Source: Elusimicrobiota bacterium
GTDB lineage: Bacteria > Elusimicrobiota > Elusimicrobia > JACQJP01
Assembly (NCBI GenBank): GCA_016204975.1
Contig: JACQJP010000055.1
Span: forward strand, 2,098 to 66,097
Length of the DNA stretch: 64,000 bases
Reading direction: 5' to 3'
Within the stretch, counting starts at the first letter, position 1, and every line of letters starts with the position of its first letter. Below the pieces are notes generated by a model. That model worked only from the letters and a program-made list of their open reading frames with translations. It was not told the DNA's origin and ran no database searches. Positions 49,296 to 57,696 of the stretch are shown here, in pieces. Position numbers and translations under genes: made by a program.

Positions 49296-50459
49296 ATGAA
49301 ATCCCGGGACTTTTGCAAATTTACAGAGAAGGGGGTGGCCGTGGGGATTGCAACCCCCGGACAGACCCCCAATTCCACTGGGGAAAACCTCAGGGACTTT
49401 TCCAATAAGAGATGGCAAAGTCTTACCGCAGGCGGGTGGCCAGGGATTGCAACCCCTGGACAGGACCCGCCTGCAAAAAAACAGAAATTCCATTTTGCAA
49501 AAGTCCTGTTCCTATTTGGATTATTCTTGCTTTGCCTATGGTCCCCCGCACGGGCCATTGACTCCGACGCGGGCACCGGGGGAGCGCAGTTTCTAAAGAT
49601 CGGCGCCGGAAACCCCCGAGCCATGGCCCTGGGCCGCGCCTACGTCGCGCAGGCCGAGGGCGCCGACGCCCTCACCTGGAACCCCGCGGGGCTGGGACGC
49701 ACCCAAAGAAAAGAGGCCGTCTTCGGCTACACCAACTGGCTGCAGGGTTTTAACGGCCAGTATCTCGCCTACGCCCATCCCTTGGGCCGCACCGTCTGGG
49801 GAGCTAATCTCGCCTACTTCACCCTGGACGACTTCGATGTTCGCAACGAACAGGGCATCCCCCAGGTGGGAACCACGGTCTTAGTCCGGGATTTCTTCTC
49901 CACCTTCGCGGTCGCCCGCTCTCTCTTGACCGAAAGGCTCTTTCTGGGGGGGGGCCTGAAGTGGGTGCATGAAGACAACTCCGGCCCCATCCAGGACAGC
50001 TTCGTGGCGGACCTGGGAGCCCTGGTGCGCATTCGGGAAAACCTCCATGCAGGATTTGCCCTGCAAAACTTCGGCGCCCCTAAAGCGGATGTGGCCAGCA
50101 CCTTAAGGTTCGGAGGAGTCCTCAACATCCGCAAGACCTTCAACCTCTCCCTGGAGATCTCCCAAGCCAACGACAATGAGACCCGGGTGGGAATCGGAGG
50201 AGAGTTTATCGTCCCGGAATATCTCCTGCAACTGGGCCAGATCGCCTTCCGGGCGGGATTTTTCTCCACCGACAACCTGGGCCAGAACCTGAGCTCCTTT
50301 TTAAAAACGATTCAGATGGACCGCACCTCCGGCCTGAGCCTCGGAATCGGTCTGTTTTCCAACCGCGCCTTTGGATACGGGATGGGATTGGACTACGCCT
50401 TCGCTCCCATGGGGGCTTTGGGCTTGACGCACCACCTGACAGTAAAGATGAAATTCTGA
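49296..50459 (+). CDS. PorV/PorQ-family outer-membrane barrel (N-terminus extended by MITE)
   Basis: GAQFLKIGAGNPRAMALGRAYVA..WNPAGL, DYAFAPMGALGLTHHLTVKMKF terminal strand. Confidence 0.8.
   Translation: MKSRDFCKFTEKGVAVGIATPGQTPNSTGENLRDFSNKRWQSLTAGGWPGIATPGQDPPAKKQKFHFAKVLFLFGLFLLCLWSPARAIDSDAGTGGAQFLKIGAGNPRAMALGRAYVAQAEGADALTWNPAGLGRTQRKEAVFGYTNWLQGFNGQYLAYAHPLGRTVWGANLAYFTLDDFDVRNEQGIPQVGTTVLVRDFFSTFAVARSLLTERLFLGGGLKWVHEDNSGPIQDSFVADLGALVRIRENLHAGFALQNFGAPKADVASTLRFGGVLNIRKTFNLSLEISQANDNETRVGIGGEFIVPEYLLQLGQIAFRAGFFSTDNLGQNLSSFLKTIQMDRTSGLSLGIGLFSNRAFGYGMGLDYAFAPMGALGLTHHLTVKMKF
49307..49506 (+). mobile_element. MITE-like element, copy B (tandem of two internally deleted units)
   Basis: Perfect GGACTTTTGCAAA / TTTGCAAAAGTCC ends; second left end GGACTTTTCCAA at 49394; duplicated GGGTGGCC..GGGATTGCAACCCC block. 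Confidence 0.82.
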
Positions 50460-50479
50460 TGAAGGCAAAATGACATTCC

Positions 50480-50508
50480 TTGACAATTTTTCAAGCCCCT
50501 GTTACACT
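50480..50508 (+). promoter_or_regulatory. Sigma70-type promoter of the Tad locus
   Basis: TTGACA-17bp-TACACT with TGn; GTG at 50516 follows after 7 nt. Confidence 0.75.
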
Positions 50509-50515
50509 CAGACAG

Positions 50516-50674
50516 GTGAAAAGGCTTGGGGGAAAAGGACAAGCCACCACGGAGTACCTGCTGGCCACCGTGGCCTTCCTGGTGCTCTTTGCGGCGCTCC
50601 ATGCCGTGATGCATACCAGCTTGACCGAGATATTCAAAAAGGCGGCCTTGGCAATCCTGTTGCCGCATTATTAG
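50516..50674 (+). CDS. Flp/Tad-type prepilin 1
   Basis: Basic leader, G|QATTEY, hydrophobic helix; 52 aa. Confidence 0.75.
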   Translation: MKRLGGKGQATTEYLLATVAFLVLFAALHAVMHTSLTEIFKKAALAILLPHY

Positions 50675-50689
50675 GGAAAGGAGGAAAAA

Positions 50690-50878
50690 TTGAAAAACTG
50701 GCTCAGAAAACCAAAATCCCAACGTGGCCAAAGCGCGACCGAATATCTTCTGATGGTCACCGTCATCGTGGGAGCGGTCCTGATCGTCGGCGTGGCCATC
50801 AAACGGTTCTTGCCCAACCTCTTCGATCAAATCTCCCAGATGATCACCGGGGCCGCCTCCAGCCTCGGAGGAGGATAA
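50690..50878 (+). CDS. flp: Flp-type prepilin 2 (probable major pilin)
   Basis: AAGGAGG SD, TTG start, RG|QSATEYLLM class III signal; 62 aa. Confidence 0.82.
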   Translation: MKNWLRKPKSQRGQSATEYLLMVTVIVGAVLIVGVAIKRFLPNLFDQISQMITGAASSLGGG

Positions 50879-51354
50879 TTTTTACCTTCCAGAAGAGCGC
50901 GACAAAGGGACAGACCCTGGTAGAGCTGATCCTCATTCTGCCCGTCTTCTTCCTGGTGGTCTTCGCCATCATGCAGATCGGGCATTTGGCCTTTACCACC
51001 ATCCTTTTAAATCATGCCGCCTTTGAAGTGGCCCGGGTGGGATCCATGACCTCCCGCCCGGGGGCCCCCAACGAGCCGCAGATGGAAAGGATCCTGCGCC
51101 AGATGCTTCCCCAGGCCTCGATCGCCGACATCGATGTGGAACCCACGTTTCTGGACCGGGAAGTGGCCGAGCGCGGCCAGAGGGCCGATCCCATGAACTA
51201 CGACATCGTGGTGACGCTCCGCTACCACATGCCCCTGATCTTTCCCATCGTCAACATTCTTTTTCAAGATCCTGAGCACCCAGGCACGCGCGAGCTCCGA
51301 GCCACCGTTCGCATGCCGATAGAACGGCCTTTGGTGGACATCGTGGGCTTTTAA
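50875..51354 (+). CDS. TadE-like pseudopilin
   Basis: KG|QTLVELILILPVF...LNHAAFEVAR. No canonical start after the pilin genes; start tentatively ATA/ATT at 50875/50878. Confidence 0.75.
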   Translation: MIFTFQKSATKGQTLVELILILPVFFLVVFAIMQIGHLAFTTILLNHAAFEVARVGSMTSRPGAPNEPQMERILRQMLPQASIADIDVEPTFLDREVAERGQRADPMNYDIVVTLRYHMPLIFPIVNILFQDPEHPGTRELRATVRMPIERPLVDIVGF

Positions 51355-51367
51355 GGGAGAACAAACC

Positions 51368-52123
51368 ATGCAAAAAAAGAACATGCTCTTGCCGCTCCTG
51401 CTGGCGTTGTTTGCCTCCATCTTCTTCTTTCTCTGGCTGCGCTCCAAGGAGATCGCGATCACCCGCGCCTATGAGACGGCACAGGTGATCGTGGCCAGGC
51501 GAGACATCCCGGAGCGGACCGTCTTGACTCGTGGGCTTTTGGAAACCCAAACCCTTCCCAGAAAATACATCCAACAGGATGCCTTTGAGGTGCGTTCCCC
51601 GGCGGACATCAAGCAGGTGGAAAACCTGGTGAGCAAGATCCGCATCCCCAAGGGCAACCAGGTCACCGCCGCCGCCCTGTTGACCTTGAGTCCGGAAGCG
51701 GGGCTGAGCCTGAAGGTCCCTCCGGGCTACCGGGGCATGGTGCTTCCGGTGGAAAACGACCTCCTACAGCTCATCAAACCCGGAGACCGAGCGGATATCC
51801 TGGTCACTTTCGACGCCCTCATGGCGGATGGGCGCAAAGAGAAGGTGACCGCCACCATCCTGCAAAACATCCTGGTCCTGGGAGTGGGCATCAACCTCGG
51901 ACAGGGCATGGCCGAGGAGGAGGCGGAGAGAAAGAAGAAAACGGAAGTGGAGCGGGCGCAATTCAGGGAGAAAGGCGCCCTCAGCGTGGCCCTCAATCCC
52001 AACGAGTCGCAGTACCTGGCTCTGGCCCTCCTCCAGGGGAACGTGCAGGTGGTGGTACGGGGAGTGGGGGACGCCGCGATGCACCCTATCGAGATGGCCA
52101 GCTTTAGAAAGTTGTTCCGATAA
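51368..52123 (+). CDS. cpaB: Flp pilus assembly protein CpaB/RcpC
   Basis: TM, SAF (VIVARRDIP), VPPGYRGM, IKPGDRADILVT, TILQNILVLGV. Confidence 0.92.
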   Translation: MQKKNMLLPLLLALFASIFFFLWLRSKEIAITRAYETAQVIVARRDIPERTVLTRGLLETQTLPRKYIQQDAFEVRSPADIKQVENLVSKIRIPKGNQVTAAALLTLSPEAGLSLKVPPGYRGMVLPVENDLLQLIKPGDRADILVTFDALMADGRKEKVTATILQNILVLGVGINLGQGMAEEEAERKKKTEVERAQFREKGALSVALNPNESQYLALALLQGNVQVVVRGVGDAAMHPIEMASFRKLFR

Positions 52124-52127
52124 TACC

Positions 52128-52868
52128 ATGGACCGCTACCATAGATATTCCGGGGTGAACCTGCTCCCGATCCTGCTGGCTCTTTCCTGGGCGGCCCCCG
52201 CCGGGGCCGAAGATCTGATCGCCGTCAGCGCCGACATAGTGGAGATCAGCGGCTCCCTGGAAGGGCAAAGAGGATTCAGTTGGAACGAGATTCTGGAGTT
52301 CGGAGAAACGGTGATCCCGGGGATCATCAAGGTAGGAGAGTTGCAGCGCAAAACACAGCTCCAAAGCACCCTGCGGTTTTTGGAGACGGAAGGCAAGGCC
52401 CAGCTTCTCTCCAACCCCCGGGTCATCGCTAAAAGCGGCGCCTCGGCCAATTTTGTGGTGGGGGGAGAGATTCCCTTCCCGGTGGTGAACGTTCAGGGAG
52501 TGGGGGTAGAGTTCAAGAAATTCGGGGTGATCCTCAACATTCTGCCGAACCTGGTGGACAAAAAGAAAGAGCTCATCAACGCCCAAATCCAGCTGGAGGT
52601 GTCCAACCCCGATTTTTCCAAACCCCTGGTCATCCAAAACGTGGCGGTTCCCAGCCTCGTCACCCGCCAGGCCCAAACGGAAGTGGCGCTGAAAGGGGGG
52701 GAGACCCTGGTGATCGGGGGCCTCAAGCGCAGCGAACGCACCAAAACCAAAAGACGGGTCCCGGTCCTGGGTCACATTCCCCTTCTGGGGCTTTTGTTTA
52801 CCAGCACCGCCACCCTGGACCAGCAGTCCTCCCTCTTCCTTTTCGTCACCTTCGAGATTGTAAAGTAG
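52128..52868 (+). CDS. Minimal secretin (RcpA/CpaC-like, secretin domain only)
   Basis: AQLLSNPRV, FVVGGEIP, FKKFGV, GETLVIGGL, VPVLGHIPLLGLLF. Confidence 0.85.
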   Translation: MDRYHRYSGVNLLPILLALSWAAPAGAEDLIAVSADIVEISGSLEGQRGFSWNEILEFGETVIPGIIKVGELQRKTQLQSTLRFLETEGKAQLLSNPRVIAKSGASANFVVGGEIPFPVVNVQGVGVEFKKFGVILNILPNLVDKKKELINAQIQLEVSNPDFSKPLVIQNVAVPSLVTRQAQTEVALKGGETLVIGGLKRSERTKTKRRVPVLGHIPLLGLLFTSTATLDQQSSLFLFVTFEIVK

Positions 52869-52889
52869 GAGGCTCAGGCGTAGACGAAA

Positions 52890-55100
52890 ATGGCGGAAGT
52901 TAAATCCAGAATTGTGGCCTTCACCGGCCCCAAGGAAGGGGTGGGGAAAACCCAGATCGCCTTAAACCTGGCCTTGGGCTGGGCCGGCTCCAAAAACCGG
53001 GAGACGATCCTGGTCTGCCTGGATCCACTCTGTCGCCCGGACGCCTCCTACTTTCTTAACCTTCCCAATCCCCCCAGCTTAGCGGAGCTTGTCCAATTGC
53101 GCAAAGGCGTGGAAAGCCTGCCGCCCAAACTCCTCAGGGGCCGCATCCCCACCTCCACCTATGGCGTCGGCGTCTTGCCCATGGCCAAAAAGAGGACCGA
53201 GGCTCTGGGCCTTTCCCCCGCGCTGATCCTGCCGGTCCTGGCCAGTCTCTCCGAGTCCTATGACCTCTTCCTGGACATTGACCCCTTCTTCCCCATCCAG
53301 CTTTTCAGCTTCGATCTGGCGGACCTCGTCTTCTGGGTTCTGCTGCCGCAAAGAACCCACCTGGAGGCCAGTTTCATCCTGCTGCGGGAGGTCCGAAATC
53401 TCCACTTTCCGCTGGACCGATTCTCAATGCTCGTCAACCAGTCGGACATTCCGGGAGCCCTCGTGGCGCAAGAGATCGAAAGGTCGCTCCAAACCGTAGA
53501 AAAAGAGGTGACCGCCTATCTGCCCTGGGAGGACAGGCTGCCGGAGTTCGCCAACCTCCAGAAGGCGCTCTGGATCGACCGCCCCCACTCCCCATGGATC
53601 CGGAGTTTGAAGGGCCTGCTCCCGCTCCTCGAAAACACGCCGCCCGTGGCCCGCGATTGGAATGCGGAACGCTTTGCGGTGGGAGGCTTCTCTTCCGCCG
53701 CGGATATGTTCTGGCGAGGCGGCCCCGGCGCCATCGAGGACGGCTCCCCCGCCCAACCCTTCCCCGCCTCCGCCGGCCGGACCTCCGCCCCGAGAGGTTC
53801 CTCCCGCCCCTCCCAATGGGAAGGCCTCAAAAACAAGCTGCATAAGCAAGTGGTCCAGGCCTTGGAGACCGAGCGCATCCGCCTGGTGGACAACCCGGAG
53901 GAGGCCCAGGGCCTTCGGTCCAAGGTGGAGGAGATCATCAAAAACCTGCTGGGCCGCGAACAAAACCTGGAGCTGACCCGCGAGCAGCGCTCCCGCTTTC
54001 TGACCGAGCTCTTGGACGAAATCCTGGGGCTGGGACCCCTGGAGGACCTGATGCGGGACCCCTCCGTCACCGAGATCATGGTGAACCAGCCGCATCAGAT
54101 CTACATCGAACGAGGAGGGCGCCTGAGCCTGTCGGACAAACAGTTCCGGGACGAGGAACAAATCGTGCAGGTGATCAAACGCATCGTGGCCCCCATCGGC
54201 CGCCGGATTGATGAGAGCGTTCCCATGGTGGACGCGCGCCTCAAAGACGGATCCCGGGTCAACGCCATCATCCCTCCCCTGGCCGTCTCCGGGCCCACCC
54301 TGACCATCCGAAGATTTTCGGCAAAACCCCTGGGCACCGAGGAGCTCCTGCGCCTGGGCAGCGTCACCGAGCCCCCCCTCCAGTTTTTGAGAGCCTGCGT
54401 GCAGATCCGGAAAAACGTTCTCATCAGCGGAGGCACCGGCACCGGAAAAACGACCTTTCTCAATCTCCTCTCCTCCTTCGTCCCATCGGCCGAACGCATC
54501 GTCACCGTGGAAGACGTGGCGGAGCTGAAACTTCAGCAGGAGCACTGGGTGCGCCTGGAGAGCCGCCCGCCCAATATCGAGGGCAAGGGGGAGATCACCA
54601 TCCGGGACCTGGTGCGAAACTGCCTGCGCATGCGCCCGGACCGCATCGTGGTGGGAGAGTGCCGAGGGGCGGAAGCCTTGGACATGCTGCAGGCGATGAA
54701 CACAGGGCACGAAGGATCCCTTTCCACCATCCACGCAAATTCCCCTAGAGACGCCCTGAGCCGCCTGGAGGGCATGTGTCTGATGGCCGGGTCCGACCTT
54801 CCCATCTGGGCCTTGAGGGAGATGGTCTCCTCCGCCATCCATCTGATCGTTCAGTTGGTGCGCTTCTCGGACGGGTCCCGCAAGGTCACCTCCGTCTCCG
54901 AGATCACCGGGCGTGACGAGAACACCATCTTGATGACGGAGCTTTTTCGTTTCGAGCAAAAGGGAATCGGCCCCAGAGGCGATATCTTGGGGGAGCTGGC
55001 GCCCTGCGGTCACCCCCCGCGCTTTTTTCCGGAGTTTAAAACCAAGGGGATCGAACTGCCGGTCGCCCTCTTTTCAGACCCAGCGGCACAAGCAAGATGA
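52890..55100 (+). CDS. cpaF: CpaE/TadZ (MinD-like) - CpaF/TadA ATPase fusion
   Basis: N-terminal [10 protein letters not shown]-terminal [30 protein letters not shown]. Confidence 0.9.
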   Translation: MAEVKSRIVAFTGPKEGVGKTQIALNLALGWAGSKNRETILVCLDPLCRPDASYFLNLPNPPSLAELVQLRKGVESLPPKLLRGRIPTSTYGVGVLPMAKKRTEALGLSPALILPVLASLSESYDLFLDIDPFFPIQLFSFDLADLVFWVLLPQRTHLEASFILLREVRNLHFPLDRFSMLVNQSDIPGALVAQEIERSLQTVEKEVTAYLPWEDRLPEFANLQKALWIDRPHSPWIRSLKGLLPLLENTPPVARDWNAERFAVGGFSSAADMFWRGGPGAIEDGSPAQPFPASAGRTSAPRGSSRPSQWEGLKNKLHKQVVQALETERIRLVDNPEEAQGLRSKVEEIIKNLLGREQNLELTREQRSRFLTELLDEILGLGPLEDLMRDPSVTEIMVNQPHQIYIERGGRLSLSDKQFRDEEQIVQVIKRIVAPIGRRIDESVPMVDARLKDGSRVNAIIPPLAVSGPTLTIRRFSAKPLGTEELLRLGSVTEPPLQFLRACVQIRKNVLISGGTGTGKTTFLNLLSSFVPSAERIVTVEDVAELKLQQEHWVRLESRPPNIEGKGEITIRDLVRNCLRMRPDRIVVGECRGAEALDMLQAMNTGHEGSLSTIHANSPRDALSRLEGMCLMAGSDLPIWALREMVSSAIHLIVQLVRFSDGSRKVTSVSEITGRDENTILMTELFRFEQKGIGPRGDILGELAPCGHPPRFFPEFKTKGIELPVALFSDPAAQAR

Positions 55101-56806
55101 GAACAGGACTTTTGCAAATCTATGAAGAAGGGGATGGGCAGGGATTGCCTGGAGAAAACCGTGGTTTGGCCGGCACGGGCATACAGCCGGCCAAATTGCC
55201 GGAGGCCGGGCCCCAAAGGCGTGTTGAGCCGGCACTCCCCGACCGTAGTCGGGTCCCGCAGCGAGCCTCGCAAATGGCGAGCGCTTTTCGAAAGGCAACC
55301 CTGGACAGACCCCCAATTCCATTTTGCAAAAGTCCAATAAAAATTTATCTTTTACCGCGACCTTTCCCGTGCCTTCTGCTGGGGCTTGCCCTGGCGACGG
55401 CCTTTCCGGGGCCGGCCACGGGCCTTTCCGAGTCCCAGATACAAACTCTGGAGACCTCCAAGCGCCTGACCCAGGAGATCTACCACCACCCCAGCTTTCA
55501 GAAACCGGAGCTTCAGAGCCCGGCCTGGAACGACCCCAACGAGGGCCTCCTGAGCCAAGCCCGGCTTTGGCAGGACGCCGTCGCCGTTCTCTATGAGTTT
55601 TTTGAGATCACCCGCCGAAGCTATCCTAAAAAACTGGGAGGGGAGGACCTCCCGCCGGGCGTCTTGATGGTGGACTACCAATCCAACCGGGTGCGCTTCC
55701 AAATGGCGCTGGACCGTCTCTACCGGGCCCACCTCGGAGATTCCCTGGACGGCAAGGGAAGATCCCTGATCAGCATGATGGAGATGGCGCTCAAGGAGAT
55801 GGACAGCTTCTTAAACGCCATCGCCACCAGCCGCGCCAAACAATACCAGGACTCCCTGCTGGCCATCGGGCAGTTCACCGCCATCCTCCATCGCACCTTT
55901 GAGGCCCCTCCCCGGGGAGGGGGAGGAGCCGCTCCCCGGGTTCCGGGCGCGATCACTCTGGGGCTCGTCCTGGGATGTCTGATATTCGCCTTCCTGGCGC
56001 TCTGGAGCCTGCTCTCCCAATACCACGATATCCTGGACCGGCAAATCCACCAGCACTGGGAAAGATCCAAGATGTGGGCCTATGAATTCAATAAGCAGTT
56101 TATCCAGATCCGGGTCCAATACCTGGTCTTGGCGCCGGCAGGCCTGGGAATACTGTTGGGGGTGCTCTCCGGGAGCGTTTTCGGCTTCCTGCTCTTGTCC
56201 GCGATGGGAGCGCTCACCGGTTTCTATGCCCCAAAGTGGCTCTTGAACTCCATCCGCCAAAGGCGGGGGCGCAAAATCGAGGCGCAGTTGATGGATGCCC
56301 TGATCCTTTTATCCAACGCCCTCAAGTCCGGCTTAGACCTCGTGCAGGGCTTTGAGCTGGTGCAAAAGGAGCTTCAGCCTCCCATCTCGGAGGAATTCGG
56401 GCTGGTGCTCAAAAACTATCAACTGGGCACTCCCTTTGAAACCGCCTTGGAAGGGTTGGAGGAGCGCGTAGAAAGCCGGCTCCTGAGCTACTTGGTCAAA
56501 GCGGTGCTCATCCAAAGGCAGGTGGGCGGCAACCTCACCCGCATCTTCGACCGCATCGTGGAGAGCATCCGGGAGGAAGGAAAACTCCAGCAGAAGGCCC
56601 GGGCCTTGACCGCTCAGCAACGCATGCAGGCGCTGGTGGTGGGATTTATGCCCTGGATCATGTTTCTGATTCTGTTCATGATCCAGCCCAAACTGATGGC
56701 CGATTTCTACTTGAAGCCCATGGGGTTGCTGGTGCTGCTGGGAATGATCCTGTGGGAGATGATTGGCCTGCAGATCATTCGAGGCATGGCCAACATCCGG
56801 GTGTAA
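55097..56806 (+). CDS. tadB: TadB-like platform protein with long N-terminal extension
   Basis: C-terminal T2SSF domain (DALILLSNALKSG, IQRQVGGNL, ARALTAQ); ATGA overlap with cpaF; first about 80 aa derive from the MITE. Confidence 0.82.
   Translation: MRTGLLQIYEEGDGQGLPGENRGLAGTGIQPAKLPEAGPQRRVEPALPDRSRVPQRASQMASAFRKATLDRPPIPFCKSPIKIYLLPRPFPCLLLGLALATAFPGPATGLSESQIQTLETSKRLTQEIYHHPSFQKPELQSPAWNDPNEGLLSQARLWQDAVAVLYEFFEITRRSYPKKLGGEDLPPGVLMVDYQSNRVRFQMALDRLYRAHLGDSLDGKGRSLISMMEMALKEMDSFLNAIATSRAKQYQDSLLAIGQFTAILHRTFEAPPRGGGGAAPRVPGAITLGLVLGCLIFAFLALWSLLSQYHDILDRQIHQHWERSKMWAYEFNKQFIQIRVQYLVLAPAGLGILLGVLSGSVFGFLLLSAMGALTGFYAPKWLLNSIRQRRGRKIEAQLMDALILLSNALKSGLDLVQGFELVQKELQPPISEEFGLVLKNYQLGTPFETALEGLEERVESRLLSYLVKAVLIQRQVGGNLTRIFDRIVESIREEGKLQQKARALTAQQRMQALVVGFMPWIMFLILFMIQPKLMADFYLKPMGLLVLLGMILWEMIGLQIIRGMANIRV
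55106..55335 (+). mobile_element. MITE-like element, copy C (230 bp, contains nested 55-bp element)
   Basis: Perfect 13-bp TIRs; colinear with the reverse complement of 60176-60350 apart from a 57-nt insert. Confidence 0.9.
55205..55259 (-). mobile_element. 55-bp CT-flanked mini element, copy 3 (nested in MITE)
   Basis: Reverse complement identical to copy 1; AG at 55203-04 and 55260-61. Confidence 0.93.
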
Positions 56807-56808
56807 AA

Positions 56809-57696
56809 ATGAGCGTTGGGATCCTTCTCACCATTCTCGCTGCGTTCGGGGTGTTTCTCATCGTCTACCAGCTTCTCCGCCCGGCTCCCGCTCCGGGATC
56901 CGCCGGCTTTGCCGAGGCAGGCCTCCCCAAAACTGGACCGGGGGGCTACGTGGAACCGAATCCCCAGGGCAGCCTTTGGGAGAGGCTGGACGCCAAAATG
57001 CTGAAGATAACCTTTTTGAAAAACAGCCTGGAACGATACTATCTCCTTTTAGGGCAACCCAGCCGCTTCAGTCCGGTGGCCATACTGCATGCCAAGCAGG
57101 GGACGGCCTTCTGCGCGGTCTTGGCCGGGGCCTTGCTGCTGGGCACCCTCCATCCCCTGACCCTGCTGATCCTGGCCCTGTTGGGATTCTCCCTTCCGGA
57201 CCTCCTCTTCAGCCAACGCATCCGCAAAAGGCAGGACCAGATCTTGCGGAATTTCCCCACCCTGGTGGATCTTGTGGCGCTGACCGTCGAATCCGGACTG
57301 GATTACCTGGCCTCTTTCGAACGCATCCTGCGCAACACCCGCCAGCACAGCCCCTTGGAGGAGGAATTGCAAAAAAGCTTGAACGAAGTCCAGCTGGGGT
57401 ATCTGCGGCGAGAGGCCCTGCGTCATTTTGCGCAGCGAACCGGCATCCAGGAGCTGCGCTCCTTTGTGGGTCTCATCCTGCAATCGGATGAGCTGGGAAC
57501 GAGCCTCGTGGAACTTTTGCGCAACTTCGCCCAGGACATGCGCTTTAGGCGCCTCAGCCGCGCGGAGCGCCTGGCTTCTGAAGCCTCCACCAAGATGCTT
57601 TTTCCGCTGTTCTTTTTTATCTTCCCCACCGTTTTCGTCTTGATGTTCGCGCCTCTGCTCAACGCCTTGATCAAAGGAGGGGGGCTTCCCTTTTAA
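56809..57696 (+). CDS. tadC: TadC-like platform protein
   Basis: FPTLVDLVALTVESG, RREALRHF, QSDELGTS, STKMLFPLFFFIFP. Confidence 0.88.
   Translation: MSVGILLTILAAFGVFLIVYQLLRPAPAPGSAGFAEAGLPKTGPGGYVEPNPQGSLWERLDAKMLKITFLKNSLERYYLLLGQPSRFSPVAILHAKQGTAFCAVLAGALLLGTLHPLTLLILALLGFSLPDLLFSQRIRKRQDQILRNFPTLVDLVALTVESGLDYLASFERILRNTRQHSPLEEELQKSLNEVQLGYLRREALRHFAQRTGIQELRSFVGLILQSDELGTSLVELLRNFAQDMRFRRLSRAERLASEASTKMLFPLFFFIFPTVFVLMFAPLLNALIKGGGLPF

Noticed and set aside
50470..50874. Long N-terminal extension of the 294-aa ORF 50470-51354
   Set aside because: It overlaps a clear promoter and two pilin ORFs in another frame; only the TadE part looks like protein.
53424..55013. 529-aa antisense ORF (similar ones at 14459-15619, 1246-2382, 11234-12211, 7762-8754)
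   Set aside because: Shadow frames opposite well-conserved genes in GC-rich DNA; no recognisable motifs.
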